From assembly GCA_964016885.1 (NCBI GenBank), contig OZ024742.1, forward strand, positions 15,066,001 to 15,130,000: a stretch of 64,000 nt of DNA, written 5' to 3'. The position numbers were made by a program, and so were the translations under genes. The DNA is from Eledone cirrhosa (Eukaryota). This document shows positions 12,155-26,880 of this stretch, one piece after another (the stretch's first letter is position 1; every line of letters starts with the position of its first letter). The notes beneath the pieces were generated by a model. The model saw only the letters and a list, made by a program, of their open reading frames with translations, was not told the origin of the DNA and made no database searches.

Positions 12155-14758
12155 TGGCGAGGTGGCACCACTTAGCTCAAACTAATCATATCTAAATTAC
12201 CATATATATATATATATTGGTGAGGTGGCACCACTAAGCTGAAACTAATCATATCTAAATTACCATATATATATATTGGTGAGGTGGCACCACTTAGTTC
12301 AAACTAATCATATCTAAATTACCATATATATATATTGGTGAGGTGGCACCACTTAGCTCAAACTAATCATATCTAAATTACCATATATATATATTGGTGA
12401 GGTGGCACCACTTAACTCAAACTAAACATATCTAAATTACTATATATATATATTGGTGAGGTGGCACCACTTAGCTCAAACTAATCATATCTAAATTACC
12501 ATATATATTGGTGAGGTGGCACCACTTAGCTCAAACTAATCATATCTAAATTACCATATATATATATATTGGTGAGGTGGCACCACTTAGCTCAAACTAA
12601 TCATATCTAAATTACCATATATATATATATTGGTGAGGTGGCACCACTAAGCTGAAACTAATCATATCTAAATTACCATATATATATATTGGTGAGGTGG
12701 CACCACTTAGTTCAAACTAATCATATCTAAATTACCATATATATATATTGGTGAGGTGGCACCACTTAGCTCAAACTAATCATATCTAAATTACCATATA
12801 TATATATTGGTGAGGTGGCACCACTTAGCTCAAACTAATCATATCTAAATTACCATATACATATATTGGTGAGGTGGCACCACTTAGCTCAAACTAATCA
12901 TATCTAAATTACCATATATATATATTGGTGAGGTGGCACCACTTAGCTCAAACTAATCATATCTAAATTACCATATATATATATTGGTGAGGTGGCACCA
13001 CTTAGCTCAAACTAATCACATCTAAATTACCATATATATTGGTGAGGTGGCACCACTTAGCTCAAACTAATCATATCTAAATTACCATATATATTGGTGA
13101 GGTGGCACCACTTAGCTCAAACTAATCACATCTAAATTACCATATATATTGGTGAGGTGGCACCACTTAGCTCAATCTCATCATATCTAAATTACCATAT
13201 ATATTGGTGAGGTGGCACCACTTAACTCAAACTAATCATATCTAAATTACCATATATATATATTTGTGAGGTGGCACCACTTAGCTCAAACTAATCATAT
13301 CTAAATTACCATATATATATATTGGTCAGGTGGCACCACTTAGCTCAAACTAATCATATCTAAATTACCATATATATATATTGGTGAGGTGGCACCACTT
13401 AGCTCGAACTAATCATATCTAAATTACCATATATATATATTGTGAGGTGGCACCACTTAGCTCAAACTAATCATATCTAAATTACCATATATATTGGTGA
13501 GGTGGCACCACTTAGCTCAAACTAATCATATCTAAATTACCATATATATTGGTGAGGTGGCACCACTTAGCTCAAACTAATCATATCTAAATTACCATAT
13601 ATATATATATTGGTGAGGTGGCACCACTTAGCTCAAACTAATCATATCTAAATTACCATATATATTGGTGAGGTGGCACCACTTAGCTCAAACTAATCAT
13701 ATCTAAATTACCATATATATATATTGGTGAGGTGGTACCACTTAGCTCAAATTAATCACATCTAAATTACCATATATATTGGTGAGGTGGTACCACTTAG
13801 CTCAAACTAATCACATCTAAATTACCATATATATTGGTGAGGTGGCACCACTTAACTCAAACTAATCATATCTAAATTACCATATATATTGGTGAGGTGG
13901 CACCACTTAGCTCAAACTAATCATATCTAAATTACCATATATATATATATTGGTGAGGTAGCACCACTTAACTCAAACTAATCATATCTAAATTACCATA
14001 TATATATATTGGTGAGGTGGTACCACTTAGCTCAAACTAATCACATCTAAATTACCATATATATTGGTGAGGTGGCACCACTTAGCTCAAACTAATCATA
14101 TCTAAATTACCATATATATTGGTGAGGTGGCACTACTTAGCTCAAACTAATCACATCTAAATTACCATATATATATATATTGGTGAGGTGGTACCACTTA
14201 GCTCAAACTAATCACATCTAAATTACCATATATATATATTGGTGAGGTGGTACCACTTAGCTCAAACTAATCATATCTAAATTACCATATATATTGGTGA
14301 GGTGGCACCACTTAGCTCAAACTAATCACATCTAAATTACCATATATATATATTGGTGAGGTGGTACCACTTAGCTCAAACTAATCATATCTAAATTACC
14401 ATATATATATATTGGTGAGGTTGCACCACTTAGCTCAAACTAATCATATCTAAATTACCATATACATATATTGGTGAGGTGGCACCACTTAGCTCAAACT
14501 AATTATATCTAAATTACCATATATATTGGTGAGGTGGCACCACTTAGCTCAAACTAATCATATCTAAATTACCATATATATATATTGGTGAGGTGGCACC
14601 ACTAAGCTGAAACTAATCATATCTAAATTACCATATATATATATTGGTGAGGTGGCACCACTTAGCTCAAACTAATCATATCTAAATTACCATATATATA
14701 TATTGGTGAGGTGGCACCACTTAGCTCAAACTAATCATATCTAAATTACCATATATAT

Positions 14759-14824
14759 GGCCATCCAAACCCATGCAAGCGTGGAACACGGACGTCAAAC
14801 GATGATGATGATGATGATGATGAT
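14759..14824 (+). mobile_element. Retroposon-like tail fragment, (GAT)8
   Basis: Same 42-bp unique part, followed by (GAT)8. Confidence 0.7.
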
Positions 14825-17673
14825 TGGTGAGGTGGCACCACTTAGCTCAAACTAATCATATCTAAATTACCATATATATATATATATTGGTGAGGTGGCA
14901 CCACTAAGCTGAAACTAATCATATCTAAATTACCATATATATATATTGGTGAGGTGGCACCACTTAGTTCAAACTAATCATATCTAAATTACCATATATA
15001 TATATTGGTGAGGTGGCACCACTTAGCTCAAACTAATCATATCTAAATTACCATATATATATATTGGTGAGGTGGCACCACTTAACTCAAACTAAACATA
15101 TCTAAATTACTATATATATATATTGGTGAGGTGGCACCACTTAGCTCAAACTAACCACATCTAAATTACCATATATATTGGTGAGGTGGCACCACTTAGC
15201 TCAATCTCATCATATCTAAATTACCATATATATTGGTGAGGTGGCACCACTTAACTCAAACTAATCATATCTAAATTACCATATATATATATTGGTGAGG
15301 TGGCACCACTTAGCTCAAACTAATCATATCTAAATTACCATATATATATATTGGTGAGGTGGCACCACTTAGCTCAAACTAATCATATCTAAATTACCAT
15401 ATATATATATTGGTGAGGTGGCACCACTTAGCTCAAACTAATCATATCTAAATTACCATATATATTGGTGAGGTGGCACCACTTAGCTCAAACTAATCAT
15501 ATCTAAATTACCATATATATTGGTGAGGTGGCACCACTTAGCTGAAACTAATCATATCTAAATTACCATATATATATATTGGTGAGGTGGCACCACTTAG
15601 CTCAAACTAATCATATCTAAATTACCATATATATTGGTGATGTGGTACCACTTAGCTCAAACTAATCATATCTAAATTACCATATATATATATATTGGTG
15701 AGGTGGCACCACTTAGCTCGAACTAATCATATCTAAATTACCATATATATATATATATATTGGTGAGGTGGCACCACTAAGCTGAAACTAATCATATCTA
15801 AATTACCATATATATATATTGGTGAGGTGGCACCACTTAGCTCAAACTAATCACATCTAAATTACCATATATATATATTGGTGAGGTGGTACCACTTAGC
15901 TCAAACTAATCACATCTAAATTACCATATATATATATTGGTGAGGTGGCACCACTTAGCTCAAACTAATCATATCTAAATTACCATATACATATATTGGT
16001 GAGGTGGCACCACTTAGCTCAAACTAATCATATCTAAATTACCATATATATTGGTTAGGTGGCACCACTTAGCTCAAACTAATCATATCTAAATTACCAT
16101 ATATATATATTGGTGAGGTGGCACCACTTAGCTCAAACTAATCATATCTAAATTACCATATATATTGGTGATGTGGTACCACTTAGCTCAAACTAATCAT
16201 ATCTAAATTACCATATATATATATATTGGTGAGGTGGCACCACTTAGCTCAAACTAATCATATCTAAATTACCATATATATTGGTGAGGTGGCACCACTT
16301 AGCTCAAACTAATCATATCTAAATTACCATATATATATATATTGGTGAGGTGGCACTACTTAGCTCAAACTAATCATATCTAAATTACCATATATATTGG
16401 TGAGGTGGCACCACTTAGCTCAAACTAATCATATCTAAATTACCATATATATATATTGGTGAGGTGGTACCACTTAGCTCAAACTAATCACATCTAAATT
16501 ACCATATATATTGGTGAGGTGGCACCACTTAGCTCAAACTAATCATATCTAAATTACCATATATATTGGTGATGTGGTACCACTTAGCTCAAACTAATCA
16601 TATCTAAATTACCATATATATATATATTGGTGAGGTGGCACCACTTAGCTCAAACTAATCATATCTAAATTACCATATATATTGGTGAGGTGGCACCACT
16701 TAGCTCAAACTAATCATATCTAAATTACCATATATATATATATTGGTGAGGTGGCACCACTTAGCTCAAACTAATCATATCTAAATTACCATATATATTG
16801 GTGAGGTGGCACCACTTAGCTCAAACTAATCATATCTAAATTACCATATATATATATTGGTGAGGTGGCACCACTTAGCTCAAACTAATCATATCTAAAT
16901 TACCATATATATATATATTGGTGAGGTGGCACCACTTAGCTCAAACTAATCATATCTAAATTACCATATATATTGGTGAGGTGGCACCACTTAGCTCAAA
17001 CTAATCACATCTAAATTACCATATATATTGGTGAGGTGGCACCACTTAGCTCAAACTAATCATATCTAAATTACCATATATATATATATTGGTGAGGTGG
17101 CACCACTTAGCTCAAACTAATCATATCTAAATTAACATATATACATATATTGGTGAGGTGGTACCACTTAGCTCAAACTAATCATATCTAAATTACCATA
17201 TATATATATTGGTGAGGTGGTACCACTTAGCTCAAACTAATCACATCTAAATTACCATATATATTGGTGAGGTGGCACCACTTAGCTCAAACTAATCATA
17301 TCTAAATTACCATATATATATATTGGTGAGGTGGTACCACTTAGCTCAAACTAATCACATCTAAATTACCATATATATTGGTGAGGTGGCACCACTTAGC
17401 TCAAACTAATCATATCTAAATTACCATATATATATATATTGGTGAGGTGGCACCACTTAGCTCAAACTAATCATATCTAAATTAACATATATACATATAT
17501 TGGTGAGGTGGCACCACTTAGCTCAAACTAATCATATCTAAATTACCATATATATATATTGGCGAGGTGGCACCACTTAGCTCAAACTAATCACATCTAA
17601 ATTACCATATATATATATTGGTGAGTTGGTACCACTTAGCTCAAACTAATCACATCTAAATTACCATATATAT

Positions 17674-17736
17674 GGCCATCCAAACCCATGCAAGCGTGGA
17701 ACACGGACGTCAAACGATGATGATGATGATGATGAT
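17674..17736 (+). mobile_element. Retroposon-like tail fragment, (GAT)7 followed by TGGCG
   Basis: Same 42-bp unique part, followed by (GAT)7. Confidence 0.7.
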
Positions 17737-20381
17737 TGGCGAGGTGGCACCACTTAGCTCAAACTAATCATATCTAAATTACCATATATATATATATATT
17801 GGTGAGGTGGCACCACTAAGCTGAAACTAATCATATCTAAATTACCATATATATATATTGGTGAGGTGGCACCACTTAGTTCAAACTAATCATATCTAAA
17901 TTACCATATATATATATTGGTGAGGTGGCACCACTTAGCTCAAACTAATCATATCTAAATTACCATATATATATATTGGTGAGGTGGCACCACTTAACTC
18001 AAACTAAACATATCTAAATTACTATATATATATATTGGTGAGGTGGCACCACTTAGCTCAAACTAATCATATCTAAATTACCATATATATATATTGGTGA
18101 GGTGGCACCACTTAGCTCAAACTAATCACATCTAAATTACCATATATATTGGTGAGGTGGCACCACTTAGCTCAAACTAATCATATCTAAATTACCATAT
18201 ATATTGGTGAGGTGGCACCACTTAGCTCAAACTAATCACATCTAAATTACCATATATATTGGTGAGGTGGCACCACTTAGCTCAATCTCATCATATCTAA
18301 ATTACCATATATATTGGTGAGGTGGCACCACTTAACTCAAACTAATCATATCTAAATTACCATATATATATATTGGTGAGGTGGCACCACTTAGCTCAAA
18401 CTAATCATATCTAAATTACCATATATATATATTGGTGAGGTGGCACCACTTAGCTCAAACTAATCATATCTAAATTACCATATATATATATTGGTGAGGT
18501 GGCACCACTTAGCTCAAACTAATCATATCTAAATTACCATATATATATATTGGTGAGGTGGCACCACTTAGCTCAAACTAATCATATCTAAATTACCATA
18601 TATATTGGTGAGGTGGCACCACTTAGCTCAAACTAATCATATCTAAATTACCATATATATATATTGGTGAGGTGGCACCACTTAGCTCAAACTAATCACA
18701 TCTAAATTACCATATATATTGGTGAGGTGGCACCACTTAGCTCAAACTAATCATATCTAAATTACCATATATATTGGTGAGGTGGCACCACTTAGCTCAA
18801 ACTAATCACATCTAAATTACCATATATATTGGTGAGGTGGCACCACTTAGCTCAATCTCATCATATCTAAATTACCATATATATTGGTGAGGTGGCACCA
18901 CTTAACTCAAACTAATCATATCTAAATTACCATATATATATATTTGTGAGGTGGCACCACTTAGCTCAAACTAATCATATCTAAATTACCATATATATAT
19001 ATTGGTGAGGTGGCACCACTTAGCTCAAACTAATCATATCTAAATTACCATATATATATATTGGTGAGGTGGCACCACTTAGCTCAAACTAATCATATCT
19101 AAATTACCATATATATATATTGTGAGGTGGCACCACTTAGCTCAAACTAATCATATCTAAATTACCATATATATTGGTGAGGTGGCACCACTTAGCTCAA
19201 ACTAATCATATCTAAATTACCATATATATTGGTGAGGTGGCACCACTTAGCTCAAACTAATCATATCTAAATTACCATATATATATATATTGGTGAGGTG
19301 GCACCACTTAGCTCAAACTAATCATATCTAAATTACCATATATATTGGTGAGGTGGCACCACTTAGCTCAAACTAATCATATCTAAATTACCATATATAT
19401 ATATTGGTGAGGTGGTACCACTTAGCTCAAATTAATCACATCTAAATTACCATATATATTGGTGAGGTGGTACCACTTAGCTCAAACTAATCACATCTAA
19501 ATTACCATATATATTGGTGAGGTGGCACCACTTAACTCAAACTAATCATATCTAAATTACCATATATATTGGTGAGGTGGCACCACTTAGCTCAAACTAA
19601 TCATATCTAAATTACCATATATATATATATTGGTGAGGTAGCACCACTTAACTCAAACTAATCATATCTAAATTACCATATATATATATTGGTGAGGTGG
19701 TACCACTTAGCTCAAACTAATCACATCTAAATTACCATATATATTGGTGAGGTGGCACCACTTAGCTCAAACTAATCATATCTAAATTACCATATATATT
19801 GGTGAGGTGGCACTACTTAGCTCAAACTAATCACATCTAAATTACCATATATATATATTGGTGAGGTGGTACCACTTAGCTCAAACTAATCACATCTAAA
19901 TTACCATATATATATATTGGTGAGGTGGTACCACTTAGCTCAAACTAATCATATCTAAATTACCATATATATTGGTGAGGTGGCACCACTTAGCTCAAAC
20001 TAATCACATCTAAATTACCATATATATATATTGGTGAGGTGGTACCACTTAGCTCAAACTAATCATATCTAAATTACCATATATATATATTGGTGAGGTT
20101 GCACCACTTAGCTCAAACTAATCATATCTAAATTACCATATACATATATTGGTGAGGTGGCACCACTTAGCTCAAACTAATCATATCTAAATTACCATAT
20201 ATATATATTGGTGAGGTGGCACCACTAAGCTGAAACTAATCATATCTAAATTACCATATATATATATTGGTGAGGTGGCACCACTTAGCTCAAACTAATC
20301 ATATCTAAATTACCATATATATATATTGGTGAGGTGGCACCACTTAGCTCAAACTAATCATATCTAAATTACCATATATAT

Positions 20382-20447
20382 GGCCATCCAAACCCATGCA
20401 AGCGTGGAACACGGACGTCAAACGATGATGATGATGATGATGATGAT
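20382..20447 (+). mobile_element. Retroposon-like tail fragment, (GAT)8
   Basis: Same 42-bp unique part, followed by (GAT)8. Confidence 0.7.
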
Positions 20448-22305
20448 TGGTGAGGTGGCACCACTTAGCTCAAACTAATCATATCTAAATTACCATATAT
20501 ATATATATATTGGTGAGGTGGCACCACTAAGCTGAAACTAATCATATCTAAATTACCATATATATATATTGGTGAGGTGGCACCACTTAGTTCAAACTAA
20601 TCATATCTAAATTACCATATATATATATTGGTGAGGTGGCACCACTTAGCTCAAACTAATCATATCTAAATTACCATATATATATATTGGTGAGGTGGCA
20701 CCACTTAACTCAAACTAAACATATCTAAATTACTATATATATATATTGGTGAGGTGGCACCACTTAGCTCAAACTAACCACATCTAAATTACCATATATA
20801 TTGGTGAGGTGGCACCACTTAGCTCAATCTCATCATATCTAAATTACCATATATATTGGTGAGGTGGCACCACTTAACTCAAACTAATCATATCTAAATT
20901 ACCATATATATATATTGGTGAGGTGGCACCACTTAGCTCAAACTAATCATATCTAAATTACCATATATATATATTGGTGAGGTGGCACCACTTAGCTCAA
21001 ACTAATCATATCTAAATTACCATATATATATATTGGTGAGGTGGCACCACTTAGCTCAAACTAATCATATCTAAATTACCATATATATTGGTGAGGTGGC
21101 ACCACTTAGCTCAAACTAATCATATCTAAATTACCATATATATTGGTGAGGTGGCACCACTTAGCTGAAACTAATCATATCTAAATTACCATATATATAT
21201 ATTGGTGAGGTGGCACCACTTAGCTCAAACTAATCATATCTAAATTACCATATATATTGGTGATGTGGTACCACTTAGCTCAAACTAATCATATCTAAAT
21301 TACCATATATATATATATTGGTGAGGTGGCACCACTTAGCTCAAACTAATCATATCTAAATTACCATATATATTGGTGAGGTGGCACCACTTAGCTCAAA
21401 CTAATCATATCTAAATTACCATATATATATATATTGGTGAGGTGGCACCACTTAGCTCAAACTAATCATATCTAAATTACCATATATATTGGTGAGGTGG
21501 CACCACTTAGCTCAAACTAATCATATCTAAATTACCATATATATATATTGGTGAGGTGGCACCACTTAGCTCAAACTAATCATATCTAAATTACCATATA
21601 TATATATATTGGTGAGGTGGCACCACTTAGCTCAAACTAATCATATCTAAATTACCATATATATTGGTGAGGTGGCACCACTTAGCTCAAACTAATCACA
21701 TCTAAATTACCATATATATTGGTGAGGTGGCACCACTTAGCTCAAACTAATCATATCTAAATTACCATATATATATATATTGGTGAGGTGGCACCACTTA
21801 GCTCAAACTAATCATATCTAAATTAACATATATACATATATTGGTGAGGTGGTACCACTTAGCTCAAACTAATCATATCTAAATTACCATATATATATAT
21901 TGGTGAGGTGGTACCACTTAGCTCAAACTAATCACATCTAAATTACCATATATATTGGTGAGGTGGCACCACTTAGCTCAAACTAATCATATCTAAATTA
22001 CCATATATATATATTGGTGAGGTGGTACCACTTAGCTCAAACTAATCACATCTAAATTACCATATATATTGGTGAGGTGGCACCACTTAGCTCAAACTAA
22101 TCATATCTAAATTACCATATATATATATATTGGTGAGGTGGCACCACTTAGCTCAAACTAATCATATCTAAATTAACATATATACATATATTGGTGAGGT
22201 GGCACCACTTAGCTCAAACTAATCATATCTAAATTACCATATATATATATTGGCGAGGTGGCACCACTTAGCTCAAACTAATCACATCTAAATTACCATA
22301 TATAT

Positions 22306-22368
22306 GGCCATCCAAACCCATGCAAGCGTGGAACACGGACGTCAAACGATGATGATGATGATGATGAT
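22306..22368 (+). mobile_element. Retroposon-like tail fragment, (GAT)7 followed by TGGCG
   Basis: Same 42-bp unique part, followed by (GAT)7. Confidence 0.7.
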
Positions 22369-25123
22369 TGGCGAGGTGGCACCACTTAGCTCAAACTAAT
22401 CATATCTAAATTACCATATATATATATATATTGGTGAGGTGGCACCACTAAGCTGAAACTAATCATATCTAAATTACCATATATATATATTGGTGAGGTG
22501 GCACCACTTAGTTCAAACTAATCATATCTAAATTACCATATATATATATTGGTGAGGTGGCACCACTTAGCTCAAACTAATCATATCTAAATTACCATAT
22601 ATATATATTGGTGAGGTGGCACCACTTAACTCAAACTAAACATATCTAAATTACTATATATATATATTGGTGAGGTGGCACCACTTAGCTCAAACTAATC
22701 ATATCTAAATTACCATATATATATATTGGTGAGGTGGCACCACTTAGCTCAAACTAATCACATCTAAATTACCATATATATTGGTGAGGTGGCACCACTT
22801 AGCTCAAACTAATCATATCTAAATTACCATATATATTGGTGAGGTGGCACCACTTAGCTCAAACTAATCACATCTAAATTACCATATATATTGGTGAGGT
22901 GGCACCACTTAGCTCAATCTCATCATATCTAAATTACCATATATATTGGTGAGGTGGCACCACTTAACTCAAACTAATCATATCTAAATTACCATATATA
23001 TATATTGGTGAGGTGGCACCACTTAGCTCAAACTAATCATATCTAAATTACCATATATATATATTGGTGAGGTGGCACCACTTAGCTCAAACTAATCATA
23101 TCTAAATTACCATATATATATATTGGTGAGGTGGCACCACTTAGCTCAAACTAATCATATCTAAATTACCATATATATATATTGGTGAGGTGGCACCACT
23201 TAGCTCAAACTAATCATATCTAAATTACCATATATATTGGTGAGGTGGCACCACTTAGCTCAAACTAATCATATCTAAATTACCATATATATATATTGGT
23301 GAGGTGGCACCACTTAGCTCAAACTAATCACATCTAAATTACCATATATATTGGTGAGGTGGCACCACTTAGCTCAAACTAATCATATCTAAATTACCAT
23401 ATATATTGGTGAGGTGGCACCACTTAGCTCAAACTAATCACATCTAAATTACCATATATATTGGTGAGGTGGCACCACTTAGCTCAATCTCATCATATCT
23501 AAATTACCATATATATTGGTGAGGTGGCACCACTTAACTCAAACTAATCATATCTAAATTACCATATATATATATTTGTGAGGTGGCACCACTTAGCTCA
23601 AACTAATCATATCTAAATTACCATATATATATATTGGTGAGGTGGCACCACTTAGCTCAAACTAATCATATCTAAATTACCATATATATATATTGGTGAG
23701 GTGGCACCACTTAGCTCAAACTAATCATATCTAAATTACCATATATATATATTGTGAGGTGGCACCACTTAGCTCAAACTAATCATATCTAAATTACCAT
23801 ATATATTGGTGAGGTGGCACCACTTAGCTCAAACTAATCATATCTAAATTACCATATATATTGGTGAGGTGGCACCACTTAGCTCAAACTAATCATATCT
23901 AAATTACCATATATATATATATTGGTGAGGTGGCACCACTTAGCTCAAACTAATCATATCTAAATTACCATATATATTGGTGAGGTGGCACCACTTAGCT
24001 CAAACTAATCATATCTAAATTACCATATATATATATTGGTGAGGTGGTACCACTTAGCTCAAATTAATCACATCTAAATTACCATATATATTGGTGAGGT
24101 GGTACCACTTAGCTCAAACTAATCACATCTAAATTACCATATATATTGGTGAGGTGGCACCACTTAACTCAAACTAATCATATCTAAATTACCATATATA
24201 TTGGTGAGGTGGCACCACTTAGCTCAAACTAATCATATCTAAATTACCATATATATATATATTGGTGAGGTAGCACCACTTAACTCAAACTAATCATATC
24301 TAAATTACCATATATATATATTGGTGAGGTGGTACCACTTAGCTCAAACTAATCACATCTAAATTACCATATATATTGGTGAGGTGGCACCACTTAGCTC
24401 AAACTAATCATATCTAAATTACCATATATATTGGTGAGGTGGCACTACTTAGCTCAAACTAATCACATCTAAATTACCATATATATATATTGGTGAGGTG
24501 GTACCACTTAGCTCAAACTAATCACATCTAAATTACCATATATATATATTGGTGAGGTGGTACCACTTAGCTCAAACTAATCATATCTAAATTACCATAT
24601 ATATTGGTGAGGTGGCACCACTTAGCTCAAACTAATCACATCTAAATTACCATATATATATATTGGTGAGGTGGTACCACTTAGCTCAAACTAATCATAT
24701 CTAAATTACCATATATATATATTGGTGAGGTTGCACCACTTAGCTCAAACTAATCATATCTAAATTACCATATACATATATTGGTGAGGTGGCACCACTT
24801 AGCTCAAACTAATCATATCTAAATTACCATATATATTGGTGAGGTGGCACCACTTAGCTCAAACTAATCATATCTAAATTACCATATATATTGGTGAGGT
24901 GGCACCACTTAGCTCAAACTAATCATATCTAAATTACCATATATATATATTGGTGAGGTGGCACCACTAAGCTGAAACTAATCATATCTAAATTACCATA
25001 TATATATATTGGTGAGGTGGCACCACTTAGCTCAAACTAATCATATCTAAATTACCATATATATATATTGGTGAGGTGGCACCACTTAGCTCAAACTAAT
25101 CATATCTAAATTACCATATATAT

Positions 25124-25189
25124 GGCCATCCAAACCCATGCAAGCGTGGAACACGGACGTCAAACGATGATGATGATGATGATGATGAT
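25124..25189 (+). mobile_element. Retroposon-like tail fragment, (GAT)8
   Basis: Same 42-bp unique part, followed by (GAT)8. Confidence 0.7.
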
Positions 25190-26817
25190 TGGTGAGGTGG
25201 CACCACTTAGCTCAAACTAATCATATCTAAATTACCATATATATATATATATTGGTGAGGTGGCACCACTAAGCTGAAACTAATCATATCTAAATTACCA
25301 TATATATATATTGGTGAGGTGGCACCACTTAGCTCAATCTCATCATATCTAAATTACCATATATATTGGTGAGGTGGCACCACTTAACTCAAACTAATCA
25401 TATCTAAATTACCATATATATATATTGGTGAGGTGGCACCACTTAGCTCAAACTAATCATATCTAAATTACCATATATATATATTGGTGAGGTGGCACCA
25501 CTTAGCTCAAACTAATCATATCTAAATTACCATATATATATATTGGTGAGGTGGCACCACTTAGCTCAAACTAATCATATCTAAATTACCATATATATTG
25601 GTGAGGTGGCACCACTTAGCTCAAACTAATCATATCTAAATTACCATATATATTGGTGAGGTGGCACCACTTAGCTGAAACTAATCATATCTAAATTACC
25701 ATATATATATATTGGTGAGGTGGCACCACTTAGCTCAAACTAATCATATCTAAATTACCATATATATTGGTGATGTGGTACCACTTAGCTCAAACTAATC
25801 ATATCTAAATTACCATATATATATATATTGGTGAGGTGGCACCACTTAGCTCAAACTAATCATATCTAAATTACCATATATATTGGTGAGGTGGCACCAC
25901 TTAGCTCAAACTAATCATATCTAAATTACCATATATATATATATTGGTGAGGTGGCACCACTTAGCTCAAACTAATCATATCTAAATTACCATATATATT
26001 GGTGAGGTGGCACCACTTAGCTCAAACTAATCATATCTAAATTACCATATATATATATTGGTGAGGTGGCACCACTTAGCTCAAACTAATCATATCTAAA
26101 TTACCATATATATATATATTGGTGAGGTGGCACCACTTAGCTCAAACTAATCATATCTAAATTACCATATATATTGGTGAGGTGGCACCACTTAGCTCAA
26201 ACTAATCACATCTAAATTACCATATATATTGGTGAGGTGGCACCACTTAGCTCAAACTAATCATATCTAAATTACCATATATATATATATTGGTGAGGTG
26301 GCACCACTTAGCTCAAACTAATCATATCTAAATTAACATATATACATATATTGGTGAGGTGGTACCACTTAGCTCAAACTAATCATATCTAAATTACCAT
26401 ATATATATATATTGGTGAGGTGGTACCACTTAGCTCAAACTAATCACATCTAAATTACCATATATATTGGTGAGGTGGCACCACTTAGCTCAAACTAATC
26501 ATATCTAAATTACCATATATATATATTGGTGAGGTGGTACCACTTAGCTCAAACTAATCACATCTAAATTACCATATATATTGGTGAGGTGGCACCACTT
26601 AGCTCAAACTAATCATATCTAAATTACCATATATATATATATTGGTGAGGTGGCACCACTTAGCTCAAACTAATCATATCTAAATTAACATATATACATA
26701 TATTGGTGAGGTGGCACCACTTAGCTCAAACTAATCATATCTAAATTACCATATATATATATTGGCGAGGTGGCACCACTTAGCTCAAACTAATCACATC
26801 TAAATTACCATATATAT

Positions 26818-26880
26818 GGCCATCCAAACCCATGCAAGCGTGGAACACGGACGTCAAACGATGATGATGATGATGATGAT
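26818..26880 (+). mobile_element. Retroposon-like tail fragment, (GAT)7 followed by TGGCG
   Basis: Same 42-bp unique part, followed by (GAT)7. Confidence 0.7.

Larger units (their letters stand above)
7999..13580. repeat. 5582-bp higher-order unit, copy 2 (offset 7998 from copy 1)
   Basis: Inserts at 9177 and 12092 are exactly 7998 bp from those at 1179 and 4094. The rare markers show the same offset. Confidence 0.85.
13581..18080. repeat. 5582-bp higher-order unit, partial copy 3
   Basis: Inserts at 14759 and 17674 are exactly 5582 bp from those at 9177 and 12092. Register is lost near 18080, where (AT)6 replaces (AT)4. Confidence 0.8.
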